Assembly: GCA_030167865.1 (NCBI GenBank)
Contig: JALAGF010004118.1
Coordinates: 62,001-106,049 of the forward strand
Direction: 5' to 3'
DNA length: 44,049 nt
Source of the DNA: Craspedostauros australis
Taxonomy: Eukaryota
Shown here: piece after piece, positions 30,387-40,839 of the stretch
Position numbering within the stretch: the first letter of the stretch is position 1
Layout: each line of letters starts with the position of its first letter
Translations under genes and position numbers: made by a program
Notes under the pieces: model-generated
Seen by the model: the letters and a program-made list of their open reading frames with translations, nothing else
Told to the model about the DNA's origin: nothing
Database searches by the model: none

Positions 30387-30568
30387 CCGCACACGTGCGC
30401 ACGCTTCTCTACTGTGTGCGTCTCAATGGTCTTTGACTTCCTTGCACATCCTACTTCTCATGTCGAATGGCACCCCGCACACGCGCACACGCTTCTCTAC
30501 TGCGTGCGTCTCAATGGTCTTTGACTTCCTCGCACACATTCAACTTCTCATGTCGAATGGCACCCGCA
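30387..30568. repeat. Imperfect direct tandem duplication, ~88-bp unit x2
   Basis: 'ccgcacacgYgcRcacgcttctctactgYgtgcgtctcaatggtctttgacttcct...acttctcatgtcgaatggcacc' occurs at 30387 and 30475, with a few substitutions and a small indel. Confidence 0.92.
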
Positions 30569-30671
30569 GCAACATCATCACCATTCTCAATTCGGTCGTC
30601 GTCGTCACCACTTTCAACATCGCCGTCATTGATAGAGATAGAGAGAGAGTGTGAGTGAGAAGGCTCTACAC

Positions 30672-31697
30672 CTATCCCATGATGGTGTCTGTCTTGACTG
30701 CCACAACATCCTTGATTCCATTCATGGCTTCCTCCGTCACTGAGTCCAACTCCTTGCCCACTGCAAAAGCATCATCCTTGGAGATACCTGGTAGCTTGCC
30801 ATCCTTGCCTTTCTTGATGACATCCATGACCTTGTGCCGTACTCGACGGATGCGTTGCTTGCATCCTTCCGCACGCTTCTGAACCTGCTTGACTGTTTCC
30901 TGCCTCGATTCCAACGAAGGGCGTGGGATGGGGATGCGCACCAATCCACCCTCCTCCAGCTGCGGGTTGAGGCCCATGGCGAGCTGAATCGATTTCTGCA
31001 CCTCCTTTGCAACAGAAGGGTCGAAGCACGTGATTTGCACCAGTGTTGGCGACGCGATGACGACTTGGCCCACTGCCTGCAACGGCGTCATCGAACCGTA
31101 CGCATTGACCATGATGCTGTCGAACAGTTCCGGCGTCGGCTCTCCGCCTCGAATGCCCTTCAAGGACTCCTCGAATTTATCCACCAGCTTCATCATCTTG
31201 TCCTTGATGAGGTCCGTGTCTGGCAGCATGACTTCTGCCTCTTCATCATCGGCGCCGTCGTTGCCCATCATCATGCCGTCATCGGCGTTTTCAATCTCAT
31301 CATACAGGGCATCCTCATCGACCTCGTCGTCGGCACCGGAACTTCCAAAATCCATCGGCGAGGCCGCAGCAGCATCTTCATCCTCAACGGCAGCGCCCAT
31401 CTGCTTCTTGTTCTTCTTGCCGCCCGATTTCTTGTTGGCCTTGCGATCTTTCTTCTTTTGCCGACGTTCAGCAGCAGCCTCGCGTGATGGTGCGTGCGCC
31501 AATTCTTCCAATACCTCGCGATGGTGCCCCATTCTGCTGGCATGCTTCCATCGCACGAGCATGCCGTCGTTAGTTGTGGCAGGCAATCGCACGGTCGAAA
31601 GTCCAGCGATGTGGCGAGTTGGAGCGCGGCACAGAGCGGAAGTTGGCTGCCGCAACAAGCGCTGCGATGCTTGTTGAATCAATCGGCGGCTGAACAT
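30672..31697 (-). CDS. MRRF: Ribosome recycling factor, probably mitochondrial (341 aa)
   Basis: RRF motifs: 'LKGIRGGEPTPELFDSIMVNAYGSMTPLQAVGQV', 'FDPSVAKEVQKSI...GLNP', 'IPIPRPSLESRQ', 'KQRIRRVRHK', 'ISKDD'. R-rich presequence MFSRRLIQQASQRLLR from ATG 31697. Confidence 0.92.
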   Translation of the reverse strand: MFSRRLIQQASQRLLRQPTSALCRAPTRHIAGLSTVRLPATTNDGMLVRWKHASRMGHHREVLEELAHAPSREAAAERRQKKKDRKANKKSGGKKNKKQMGAAVEDEDAAAASPMDFGSSGADDEVDEDALYDEIENADDGMMMGNDGADDEEAEVMLPDTDLIKDKMMKLVDKFEESLKGIRGGEPTPELFDSIMVNAYGSMTPLQAVGQVVIASPTLVQITCFDPSVAKEVQKSIQLAMGLNPQLEEGGLVRIPIPRPSLESRQETVKQVQKRAEGCKQRIRRVRHKVMDVIKKGKDGKLPGISKDDAFAVGKELDSVTEEAMNGIKDVVAVKTDTIMG

Positions 31698-32369
31698 GAT
31701 GCAGATTCTATTACACAATGGCAGAATAGATGAATTGCCTTGGTCTCTTGGTGGCTTGCTTCCCTGCTTGCTTGGTTTGTGTTGTGCTCTGTCTCTTGTG
31801 TTGGTGCTTGATGCCTGATGTTCTGATCAAATGTGGCGCCATCATCTTGTGTTTGTGTGTTTGTTTGCTGTGGTCGGGTCGACTGATTGGGTGTTCGCGT
31901 CGATGTTGAAATCCGGCTTCTCGTTTTCCAACCACAGAATCCAAACCGAAGTCGCATTAGTCAGAAATGTGGAAACCAATCGAATCGAACGCAAAAAACA
32001 GGACCAGTCGTATGGGTCGATTGCGTTCCGTCATCGTGTCAGCGCAAGATGCGCAACACGTGATGACAAGGACATGCGTCAGTTTGGGCACAAACGCCAA
32101 TCGTCACAACAATGCATCACGACACATCACGACACAACACGACAACGCAACACAACGCAACACAAAACAACGAACAAACGGAAGAAGGAATCTCCAACAC
32201 CCAACTCAGGAGGTCAAACCAACTCAGCTGTCTCTCTCCCTCTCTCGCATCTGGATTGAGAATCTCATCATCGCATAGTACCATACCAACCATTCCATAC
32301 ACATGTTGAATTTGAGTACTCTGCATAGTATTCTGTAATATTATTCACACACCCAGAACCGTCGTCACC

Positions 32370-33023
32370 ATGATCTCCAGGATAGGATTGAAGTTCGCCA
32401 TGGCCGCTGTGGCCGCCGTGATCGCCAGCACCGGATCTGTCACCAACGGATTCGTCGTCAACAGCCAACCAGCGAAAGGACGTTACGACACGTCTTGCAA
32501 CTCCATCGTCGTGCCCGGCATGTGGCCCATCGGCCTGAACTTCGGAAAGGGCGAGTTCAAGTTCTACCGCAGCTTCGACAGCTTCATGAATGTCTTCACC
32601 GACGAAGACCGCGAGGCCTTCCCCGAGGTCTTCAACATCCCGACCGGCGTCTTCGAGGTCTCCATGACCAAACCGCTTGGCATCGTCTTCGAGGAGATCG
32701 AGGTCGGCAAGGGCGTCTACGTCAAGGAGCTCGTCGAGGGCGGCATGGCCGAACGCATGGGCAAGATCCAACCCGACGACATCCTCGTCGGTGTCACGGC
32801 CATCAAGGTCGTCGGTGCCAAGTACGAGCGTCGTCTCATCCCGGCGCGCAATTTCGATTTCGACACGGCCGTCGGCGCCATCACGTCCAACGATCCCAAG
32901 TGGCAATGCGACGACGTCGTGCTCATGTTCGAACGCCCGTCCGAAGCCGATCGCGCTGCGACCGACAAGTTCATGGAATTCTTCGAACCGCCATTCGAAA
33001 GTCCGTGGAAGCAGCCGCAGTAA
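32370..33023 (+). CDS. PDZ-domain protein with bipartite plastid-type presequence (217 aa)
   Basis: Signal peptide ending ...SVTNG-FVV (F at +1). PDZ core 'EVSMTKPLGIVFEE...GVYVKELVEGGMAERMGKIQPDDILVGVTA'. Very strong codon bias suggests high expression. Confidence 0.82.
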   Translation: MISRIGLKFAMAAVAAVIASTGSVTNGFVVNSQPAKGRYDTSCNSIVVPGMWPIGLNFGKGEFKFYRSFDSFMNVFTDEDREAFPEVFNIPTGVFEVSMTKPLGIVFEEIEVGKGVYVKELVEGGMAERMGKIQPDDILVGVTAIKVVGAKYERRLIPARNFDFDTAVGAITSNDPKWQCDDVVLMFERPSEADRAATDKFMEFFEPPFESPWKQPQ

Positions 33024-33587
33024 AATGTTCGGGATTGGGAGATTTGGGTGCACGTGTGCATGAATCCTTCAACTGGATGTCTGCATAGGCTGATACATGA
33101 CGCAGGCATTGCATTGAAAGCTGCACCAGAAAAGCATGGAGTGAGACACAATCGTCTCGACTCTCACAACAGAACATCAATAGCGCACAGATATTACTCA
33201 TAGCACAATTCTCTGCTTTCCTACGTGATCAATCCTGAGCATGTGATGCATTACGCTGTATGGTATTCCAGATCACCCTTTTGCAAAGTATTGATGGGGA
33301 TGAAGTGCTTGTCAAGTTCATCGTCTCCACTTTCGCAAAACGGAGGTTGGCGAAAGTCAAGTATCTTTGACTCATTGGACTGAATTCACGTTGGCCAAAC
33401 AAGAAGAACCCCTCAGAACAACGAGGGGAAGGAACGGTGCGCAAGCAAAGAGTGGCACAAGGCGACATCCACGAAGTCACCACCACCACTGTTGCTGCGG
33501 GCAGCCACCAACCAAGATTGGCGAACACTGGAACCGCAAATCGCCAAGTCTCCTCCTCCCCCTCTCTCTCTCTTGTTGTCGTCGCAA

Positions 33588-33610
33588 TCATCATCATCAT
33601 CATCATCATC
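33588..33610. repeat. (ATC)n trinucleotide microsatellite
   Basis: About 7 ATC units upstream of the 2-TM gene. Confidence 0.85.
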
Positions 33611-33841
33611 GTTGTCGTCGTCATCGCTGACAGCAAGCGCACTTCGCCGCTAGAGAGTGAGAGACACGTTCGGTGACATCACTCCAAACATCTTCAACTC
33701 GGGAGATTGTCTTGAGGCCACGATTGGCGAACCTCACAGACACGAGACAAGGCCCTCCTCATCAACATTGCATTGATAGCCCTGCCAATCCATTCATTGA
33801 ACAAGAACATCAGCACAGATACCGACAGCAACAGCACCACC

Positions 33842-35168
33842 ATGTTTCAACGGCGCAAGGAATCGTCGCTGCCAACGACATCATCCCTCAATGTGCCATC
33901 CGGCGGTGGCCTGGGTGGGAGCTTTGCATCTATGTCCAACCAGGCAAGGCAGCAGGATGGTTCCGGCAAGGCCATCAAGATGGACGCGCCCATCGTCAAG
34001 GCCTGGAAGGGAGCGAGCGTCTTCACGAAGGGATCGTACTACTTCCTCGTCTTCTTCGTCATCCTGCTCTTCGTCGGGTACAGGTACCTGCGGGCTTGGA
34101 ATGGTGAGTGGTACCACTGCATACCATGTGCATATGATGTGCATATCAGTACTGGACCAGGCGGGAATATGTTCATCATGTCAGCATGCTTGGCTCATGT
34201 GTTTATATACATTTGTGGACATGGATATGGATATCGACGGATGTACAATAGATGCCAGTCAGACACGCTGTTCCTTCCAACCTCCTCTCTATGTATGCTC
34301 TAACAGTCCCTCTGCATTCTACTCTACTCTACTCTTTCCAAAAATCAATTCGAACTGCTCTGCTCTTCCTCAAACTCAAATTCAAATTTCACTCCATACA
34401 AACAATTAATTGGTTGATTGATCCGTCACAGCATCCATCTGGCTGACATGCCACGCCCAGGACTGCACGCTGGAAATGACACCACCAGGAGCCAGAACCA
34501 AAACCATCGTGTTCTCACGCCGTCAGCTCATCAGTGCCCAGGCCGTGCTTGTCGACAAAGGCGGGAAATTCGTAGAGTTTGACACTACCAGGTTCGACCC
34601 GGTTGGTCGAGGGAAGGCCGCCAAGAAGAAGAAGGGCAGCTACAAGGGACCCGACGAAAATGGCAACTACCGCTCCTACGCCCTCAAAATCAAAAAGTCG
34701 ACGGCCGGTTTGGACACCGAGAACGAAGCTGGCGCGGAGGACGAAGTGCCGGACGGTGACTTCTCTCCCATCGCCAACTACATCGAGGAAATCGAGGAAG
34801 AAGATGGCACGCATTACATGCTCTACATGCGCAAATTCGGTTTGGCCCAGTCCAGGACTCGTGTGCGTTCCAACGTCAACAAGGTGGAGAGCTACGTGCG
34901 AAAGCGTCGGCAGAAATTGATCATCAAGGAGAATGCCTCGTTGCCATGGCAGGGCATCCTCTGTTTGGTCTTTGGGCTCATGGGGATCCTTCTCACGATG
35001 CTTGTCGGTCAGTTCTGGGAACCGGAACCGAGGCGTCATGGTGGACCCGGTGCTCGCCGGCAACAGACCACACGACGTGTCGGCAAGGACTCCAAGTTCT
35101 ACATCGACACGGGCAGGCCGTCCAAGTATCCCAAGGGCTACTCCCGCGGCATGAAACCCAAGCAGTAA
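33842..35168 (+). CDS. Uncharacterised two-TM membrane protein, 2 exons (33842-34103, 34432-35168; 332 aa)
   Basis: GTGAGT donor at 34104 and CAG acceptor ending at 34431 join the exons in frame (RAWN-ASIWLTCHAQDCTLEM). TM1 is 'YYFLVFFVILLFVGY' and TM2 is 'GILCLVFGLMGILLTMLVG'. Codon usage is coding-like. Confidence 0.8.
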
Positions 35169-35538
35169 GCGCACATGCGCAGTTCGCATACTCTACTATC
35201 ATAGAGAACGATAATTGAATCCAATTGAATGCAGTAAAGCGATGGTCTGGAATGGGGTTGATGTTTCACGTGCTCTCTTTCTCTACTTGTTTGTTTGTTT
35301 CTGTTCATCGCATTCCATTCGAGAAACCAGGCTCGACGGATGCGATTCGCAACTCCTGCACCGAGATCTGTCTGGTAACTCGTTGCCTCTTGGCCAGACA
35401 AGTATGGTACCATGTAGAATAGAATAGCATTGAAAATATACAAGCGTTGGCACCGTGATGTGTATCTACTGGTTTAGAGCGTTAATGATTGCTGGTGCAG
35501 GTTTCGTCTCCATTCATGTACCCATGTCCATCAGCTCA

Positions 35539-38344
35539 TTATGCTTTATCAAGGACGGTCAACGCAATCTGACCACGTCCCTCGTCGATGCCTTCTATCT
35601 GGATCGACACTTTGTCCCCCACAGCAAAGGGTCCCGTCACGCCATCCGCCAGACTCGCCACGCCGGTTGGCACATCCAAATCCGGTTGCACGTACATGCC
35701 ATCGCTCGTCTTGGACAGCGCACGGATCGTTCCGGTGCATGTCGTGCCTTCCAACGCCCATATCCGCTCCAAGTTTCCGAACTTCTTCTGCAGCTTCGAC
35801 AATCGTTTGTCTGCGTCCGCCTCCTTCTTCAGCTGTTTCTGCGATTTGCCCTTCACGGCATCGCCGTTGGTCGTGACGGTGAACTGGCTGGATTGCTGCG
35901 ACACGGATCGGATGTACACATCGACCTCGTCGCCGACGTTCAGCATCTTGCGCTGCAGCGGTTGGGTGCCGGCGACTGGCGCGATGTTGATGCCGGAGAA
36001 CGCCTGCCGGAACATATCCTGAGTGAATGTCCGTTTGGGTGGCTTTGACGATGCTGCAGTCTTGAAGGAGGGGTCCTCATCCAACCCGAAGTCGCCATCG
36101 TCTCCTTCCTCGACTTCCTCAACTTCTTCGTCTTCTTCCTCGTCGTCATCATCCTCGTCCTCGTCCTCATCGCCATAGCCGTCACTACCTTCGACCACGA
36201 CTTTTTCGCCAGTTTCTGAATCTGTGTACGTCAACGTTCCATCATTGCTGAGCGTGAACATTTCGGTGATGTCATCGACCTGTTCACCCTCTTCAAAGGT
36301 CCCTTCTTCGAATGATCCAGGATCACGCAGGCTCAGGAGCTGTTCGGCGAGGTCGGCCTCATCCTCCGCTTCGGTGGTGTCAGACGCCTCTTCGTCTGCA
36401 GGTTCGTCTTCTGCTTCCGGGGAGTCAGGAACATCTTCGTCTTCGTCTCCGGCTTCGTCTTCACTCTCCTCCTCCGAGAACTTCTCGTCATCGAAACCAC
36501 CGATGGCAGCCAAATCATCCAGAGTTCCCTCAATCAGGTCCTCCATCTCGTCTTCGTCGTCCTGGAACTCCGAGAATCCACCAAGGGACCTTGCGGCCGC
36601 TGTTGCAGCGGCGCTGGGATCGACCTGGACGGAGTCTTGGAACCGTAGGGATCCCAAAACTCGCACGGTCCCTTCCGACGACACGAGACGGCCGACCTGG
36701 CAATCGACCAATGCCTTGCCTCTGCGGATGTGCACGACTTTGGCCTTGTAGGGGCCATCACCGACGGAGAGGTTGTTCAGCATCAGTTTGGGATCATCGA
36801 TGGGAACCAGCTTGGTCTCGGGCTTGATCTTCAACGATTCACGGGCGCCGCCAGGATTGAGCGACAGCGTCAGCAATGGCGCACCACCATCGCCCTGAAC
36901 GTCGTAGTCGAAAACGACGGCGGCATGCACGCTGCCTTCGTAGACCCGACCCGTATCCACGTCGTCCTTCTGCGACACGCGCAATGCCGCAGACAGTGGC
37001 AGGAACGTCCAGCGCCGACTTGGGCTTGCACCCTCTTCATCGGGCTGCTCTTCAGTCTCGTCTTCCACCCGTGTTCGGATGTATCCGGTGTGCGTGAGCG
37101 TGTCGGAATCTCCGTGCTCGCCGGAACGGTGCTGGCGGAATTGCAGCAACGGGGCCTTGGCGGCACGTATCTGAGCCTTTCGTCGTGCGATGGGGGCCTT
37201 CAGTTCGATGATCGACTCACCGTCGCGGTCGTACTCGGACATTCGGATGCCGTAGGATTCTTGCACCGTCTTGTGGAATAGACCGCGGACCATGTCATCC
37301 ACGGAGTCGTATCCGAGTGTTTGCACTTGGCCCTGTGCATAATTGAGAAGGAGTGAGGGAGGATGGGCGACCGAAGTCAAGAAAATAGAATTGGGTGAAG
37401 GTAGGAACATGAGGGTCAGCGTTGCGTTGTATTGTGTCTTTGATCAATGGAAAACATCACTGCGTGTTTGATTGTTGAAGAGAATGCACTTGGACGCGGT
37501 ATGACATAATCTCATTGATATCGGAGATGCTGCCTGCCATTGAATTGATCTTGACAGTGTGATCCTTCATCTCCTTTCCCATCACATGTGCACACGGGCA
37601 CACAGTCATGCCATCATGATTACGATCACACAGCGTAGCGTCACTCACCGAAAGCGGATATCTGAGGTACGTGCGATAGAATTTGGAGAGCTCTTTCGTG
37701 TTGATGGCAACGCCATCCTTGCGGGCGCGACCAAACTTCTGCAACAAGAAGATGAGATTCCATCGCACCATGGATTGTTGGTCCACGTTCAACACGCTGC
37801 AGGGCACCAGGAGAGGTGATCCGGTGCGGCGTCTCTTCTTCCATGCCTTGCGTGCCAACGACAGATCGCCGACTTCCACCTGCAGGACGGTTCCCGCAGC
37901 CAGCGCACCGTACTGCGGCTTGTGTCGTCTGGTAAGAGGAGCCTGGATTGTGGTTGCAGCCGCCGATGCTGATGCAGGTTCTGTTGCGAATGCTGTCTCC
38001 AGTGGCGACATCTCCGTCTCGATGGATGACGCTGGGACGGAGATGAAATCGATGCCTTCCTCACCAACCAATGCAGATGATGACTCTGAAGCATTGGCAT
38101 CTTCGCCTTCATCTTCATCGACAACGAGGTATTCGGAATGCTTCTTTGCGCACAACGCAACGAACGATCGTCGAGCTTGCTGGATGGAAGACGTTTCCAT
38201 CGCCCATGGCTTTGATGATAGTTTCCCAAAGGAGGACGTGAATCCAGTCACTCCCCCGAGGCATCCCAGAGCCACCATCGCTGCGGCCACTCGCAGAAGC
38301 GGCATCAGCGACACCTGCGTCGGTGCTGAAGCGGATCCTGGCAT
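35539..38344 (-). CDS. S1 (OB-fold) RNA-binding domain protein with plastid-type presequence, 2 exons (38344-37649, 37332-35539; ~829 aa)
   Basis: Signal peptide 'LLRVAAAMVALGCLGGVTG-FTSS' (F at +1). GTGAGT..CAG phase-0 intron 37648-37333. S1 signatures: 'LSVGDGPYKAKVVHIRRGKALVD', 'LNVGDEVDVYIRSVSQQSSQFTVT', 'FAVGDKVSIQIEGIDEGRGQIALTV'. Confidence 0.8.
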
Positions 38345-39056
38345 TGTCTCTTGTTTCCTGCTACAATCCCTGTTCTTTCTCACAGCGTATATCAGGATCG
38401 TGAAGTGGAGAGTATCCGAATTCCTGATGATCAATCAATGAATTGATGTATCGATTCTGAATGCAACCTTCTCAAGCACACGGTCTCTCTTGTTGGCTGT
38501 TCCTCTTTTTGTGTTGGCTTCTTCCACATCACAGTTCTGTTCTCGATCCTTGGTTTCCTTGGTGGTGGCGATGGTGGTGGTTGGCAGAGAGAGAGAGAGC
38601 GGCGGGAAGAGGTGTGGGCGAACCTGACACATCAAAAGCAGCAACATCGTTGGTGGGTCGGCAGAACAGATTGGTCGTCTCGTTGGGTTTTGGTGGTTGT
38701 TGGACGAACTGACGACGTACGGACTGATTCAAATTATCCACGACCCAAAGGGTGTCAACGAAAGCGGAAACTGCCCAACACCCACAATTCGTTGACTTCC
38801 GACGTCTTTTCTCGCGTAGATGTTGTTGGGGGTGTCACCATCGCAGGCGCATCTGCACAGTCGTCAACGATCGACACCAACCAGCTGGCGCTGTTGCGTC
38901 CTTGATCGTCACTCGTATAGTACTCGTGTGTGTATTACTACACACACACACACAAGTATCCTCTGACAACGAGATCATTTCCAACACAGTTACACCAACA
39001 TCCAAATACTCCTTCACACTTCGCAACCACACTTCACCGGATCCCCCTTGAAACGA

Positions 39057-39719
39057 ATGCAGCACAAGAGCAAACAAGCGATGATGACAAGGACCGTATG
39101 CAATGCGTTGCGCGCAGCCATCATTTCCCTGATTTGCATGGCGCAATGCTCCGCGTATGGAATTGCCCCTGACGGCATCCACCAACGAAAGCCCCATGTT
39201 GCGGACGTTGCAGGATCCATCGATTCGCAAGGCCACGCGCCCATCTTGGAGTTGAACGATGACAACTACCAAAGCATCTTTCGTGGCACGAAGCCATTCC
39301 TCATCAAGACTTACGCACCATGGTGCGGACCTTGCAAGCTGATCGAACCCATTATTGAGGATTTCGCCATCGTGCATAAGGAATCGTTGACCGTGTGTGC
39401 ATACAACGTGGAAGAAAAGTGTCCCAACCTGAAGCTGGAACTCTTGATGAATGACGTGCTGCCGCAGAGTTTACCGACTTTGATTCTGTTTCACGGCAGT
39501 AGCAACGTTGGCAAGGATAGGGCTCTCGCGGCAGTTGTGCACAAAGGTGTCATTGACAGGCAAGGGTTGGAGGATTTCGTTGACGGCCATCTTGTGCAGA
39601 CCGTTTCAAGATCTTCCAATCGAAAGTCGGATGGTCAGACGCAGACGCAGACGAACAAAGGGAATGGGTTCGTTTCGTTGGTCCAACAAGCAGATGATTA
39701 CATGCTCTCACCCGAGTGA
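39057..39719 (+). CDS. Thioredoxin (WCGPC) with signal/bipartite presequence
   Basis: 'LIKTYAPWCGPCKLIEPII' (WCGPC at 39321-39335) and cis-Pro loop 'QSLPTL'. Signal peptide 'AIISLICMAQCSA-YGIAP'. Start is ATG 39057 or 39081. Confidence 0.88.
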   Translation: MQHKSKQAMMTRTVCNALRAAIISLICMAQCSAYGIAPDGIHQRKPHVADVAGSIDSQGHAPILELNDDNYQSIFRGTKPFLIKTYAPWCGPCKLIEPIIEDFAIVHKESLTVCAYNVEEKCPNLKLELLMNDVLPQSLPTLILFHGSSNVGKDRALAAVVHKGVIDRQGLEDFVDGHLVQTVSRSSNRKSDGQTQTQTNKGNGFVSLVQQADDYMLSPE

Positions 39720-40092
39720 TTGGGCTGCGATATGCGACGCCATACTAAGAGTAGTATGATGCTCGGCAGAGGAAGGAGAAACATGGCAAGCAGTGTGTCA
39801 TGTACATGCATTTAGGCAGGCAGGCAGGCAGACAGGCATCATTAAAGCAAGACAAGCGTTCTCTCTGGACGCATTCACATCTGCATGAGTAGGCAAACAG
39901 TTCTCTACGCCAACACTGTAGGCCATTAAGTCGCCTCCTTGCGCAAGTAAGACAGGATGAATGCTCATCTACTCTGTTTCATGACCCATAACACAACACA
40001 TCTCATGGAGGCTTGAATTGTATAATATCAATTTTATCATACAAACGTACCCACCAGAAGCATTTCTCCCCTGTCCATTCCACCTGTTTCCG

Positions 40093-40839
40093 TCATGGCA
40101 ACATTCGCTCCCAATAGTATTCTCGGCTTTTCCTCGCGCGCAGCTCGGCTGACTTGAGCAGTAGACCTGATGTGCCTTGCGGAGGAATCAGGTTGCGCGC
40201 CGTCTTGACATCCGCCAGGTACCGCTGGAATTCATCATCCAATTTCCACCTCGCGGCGCCTTCCTGCAACAACCCCAAGTACGACGAGCTGGGTGGACTC
40301 GAGGGTATGCTCCTGCCGGAAATCAAGGTGAACGCCGACAAGCATGCACTCGCGTCGCCATTCATGGCATCTCTACCAGCATACGCCGCATCTCCGATGT
40401 AAGGAAAGACATCGCAGCTCTGCCATCGGTAGGCGAACGGGACACCTTCCGTGTTGCCGACCGTGGCAAAGTCCGCCGCGGACAGCGTGTACAGCACTCC
40501 GTGCACGCATTGCGCAGTCGCGTCGTCATGACACGGCTCGATGAATGCTGCGGATGATTCGACACCTGGCAGATTGGCGCCTCGGAACACCAGTCTGTAA
40601 TTGGGAAGGACGGCAGCTGTGGCGTCGATGGGATCGAGCTGGCGCAGCGCCATCATCGTGGAAGGCACCAGATTGGAGCCGTAGGCGAAGTATCGATAGA
40701 GCTTCCGCGGAGCAGTTGCTGCCGACAAAGATGCAGCTGGAACTGCTCCAATCCAAAACGCCGCGATGATGAGGGCGACGGAAGAAGAGAAGAGCCATCG
40801 TGTCTGTGGCGGTCCGCGATGAGAAGCTGGGGTTGTCAT
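40093..40839 (-). CDS. Gamma-glutamylcyclotransferase (GGCT/AIG2-like) family protein with N-terminal signal/TM segment (248 aa)
   Basis: 'YFAYGSNL', 'LPNYRLVF', 'VHGVLYTL', 'TEG' (catalytic Glu position) and 'PSSSYLGLLQEGA'. The first ATG is at 40839 and is followed by hydrophobic 'VALIIAAFWIGAVPAAS'. Confidence 0.85.
   Translation of the reverse strand: MTTPASHRGPPQTRWLFSSSVALIIAAFWIGAVPAASLSAATAPRKLYRYFAYGSNLVPSTMMALRQLDPIDATAAVLPNYRLVFRGANLPGVESSAAFIEPCHDDATAQCVHGVLYTLSAADFATVGNTEGVPFAYRWQSCDVFPYIGDAAYAGRDAMNGDASACLSAFTLISGRSIPSSPPSSSYLGLLQEGAARWKLDDEFQRYLADVKTARNLIPPQGTSGLLLKSAELRARKSREYYWERMLP

Noticed and set aside
30387-30568. Possible CRISPR array
   Set aside because: There are only two adjacent ~88-bp copies with no unique spacers and no cas genes, in a eukaryotic intron-containing context.
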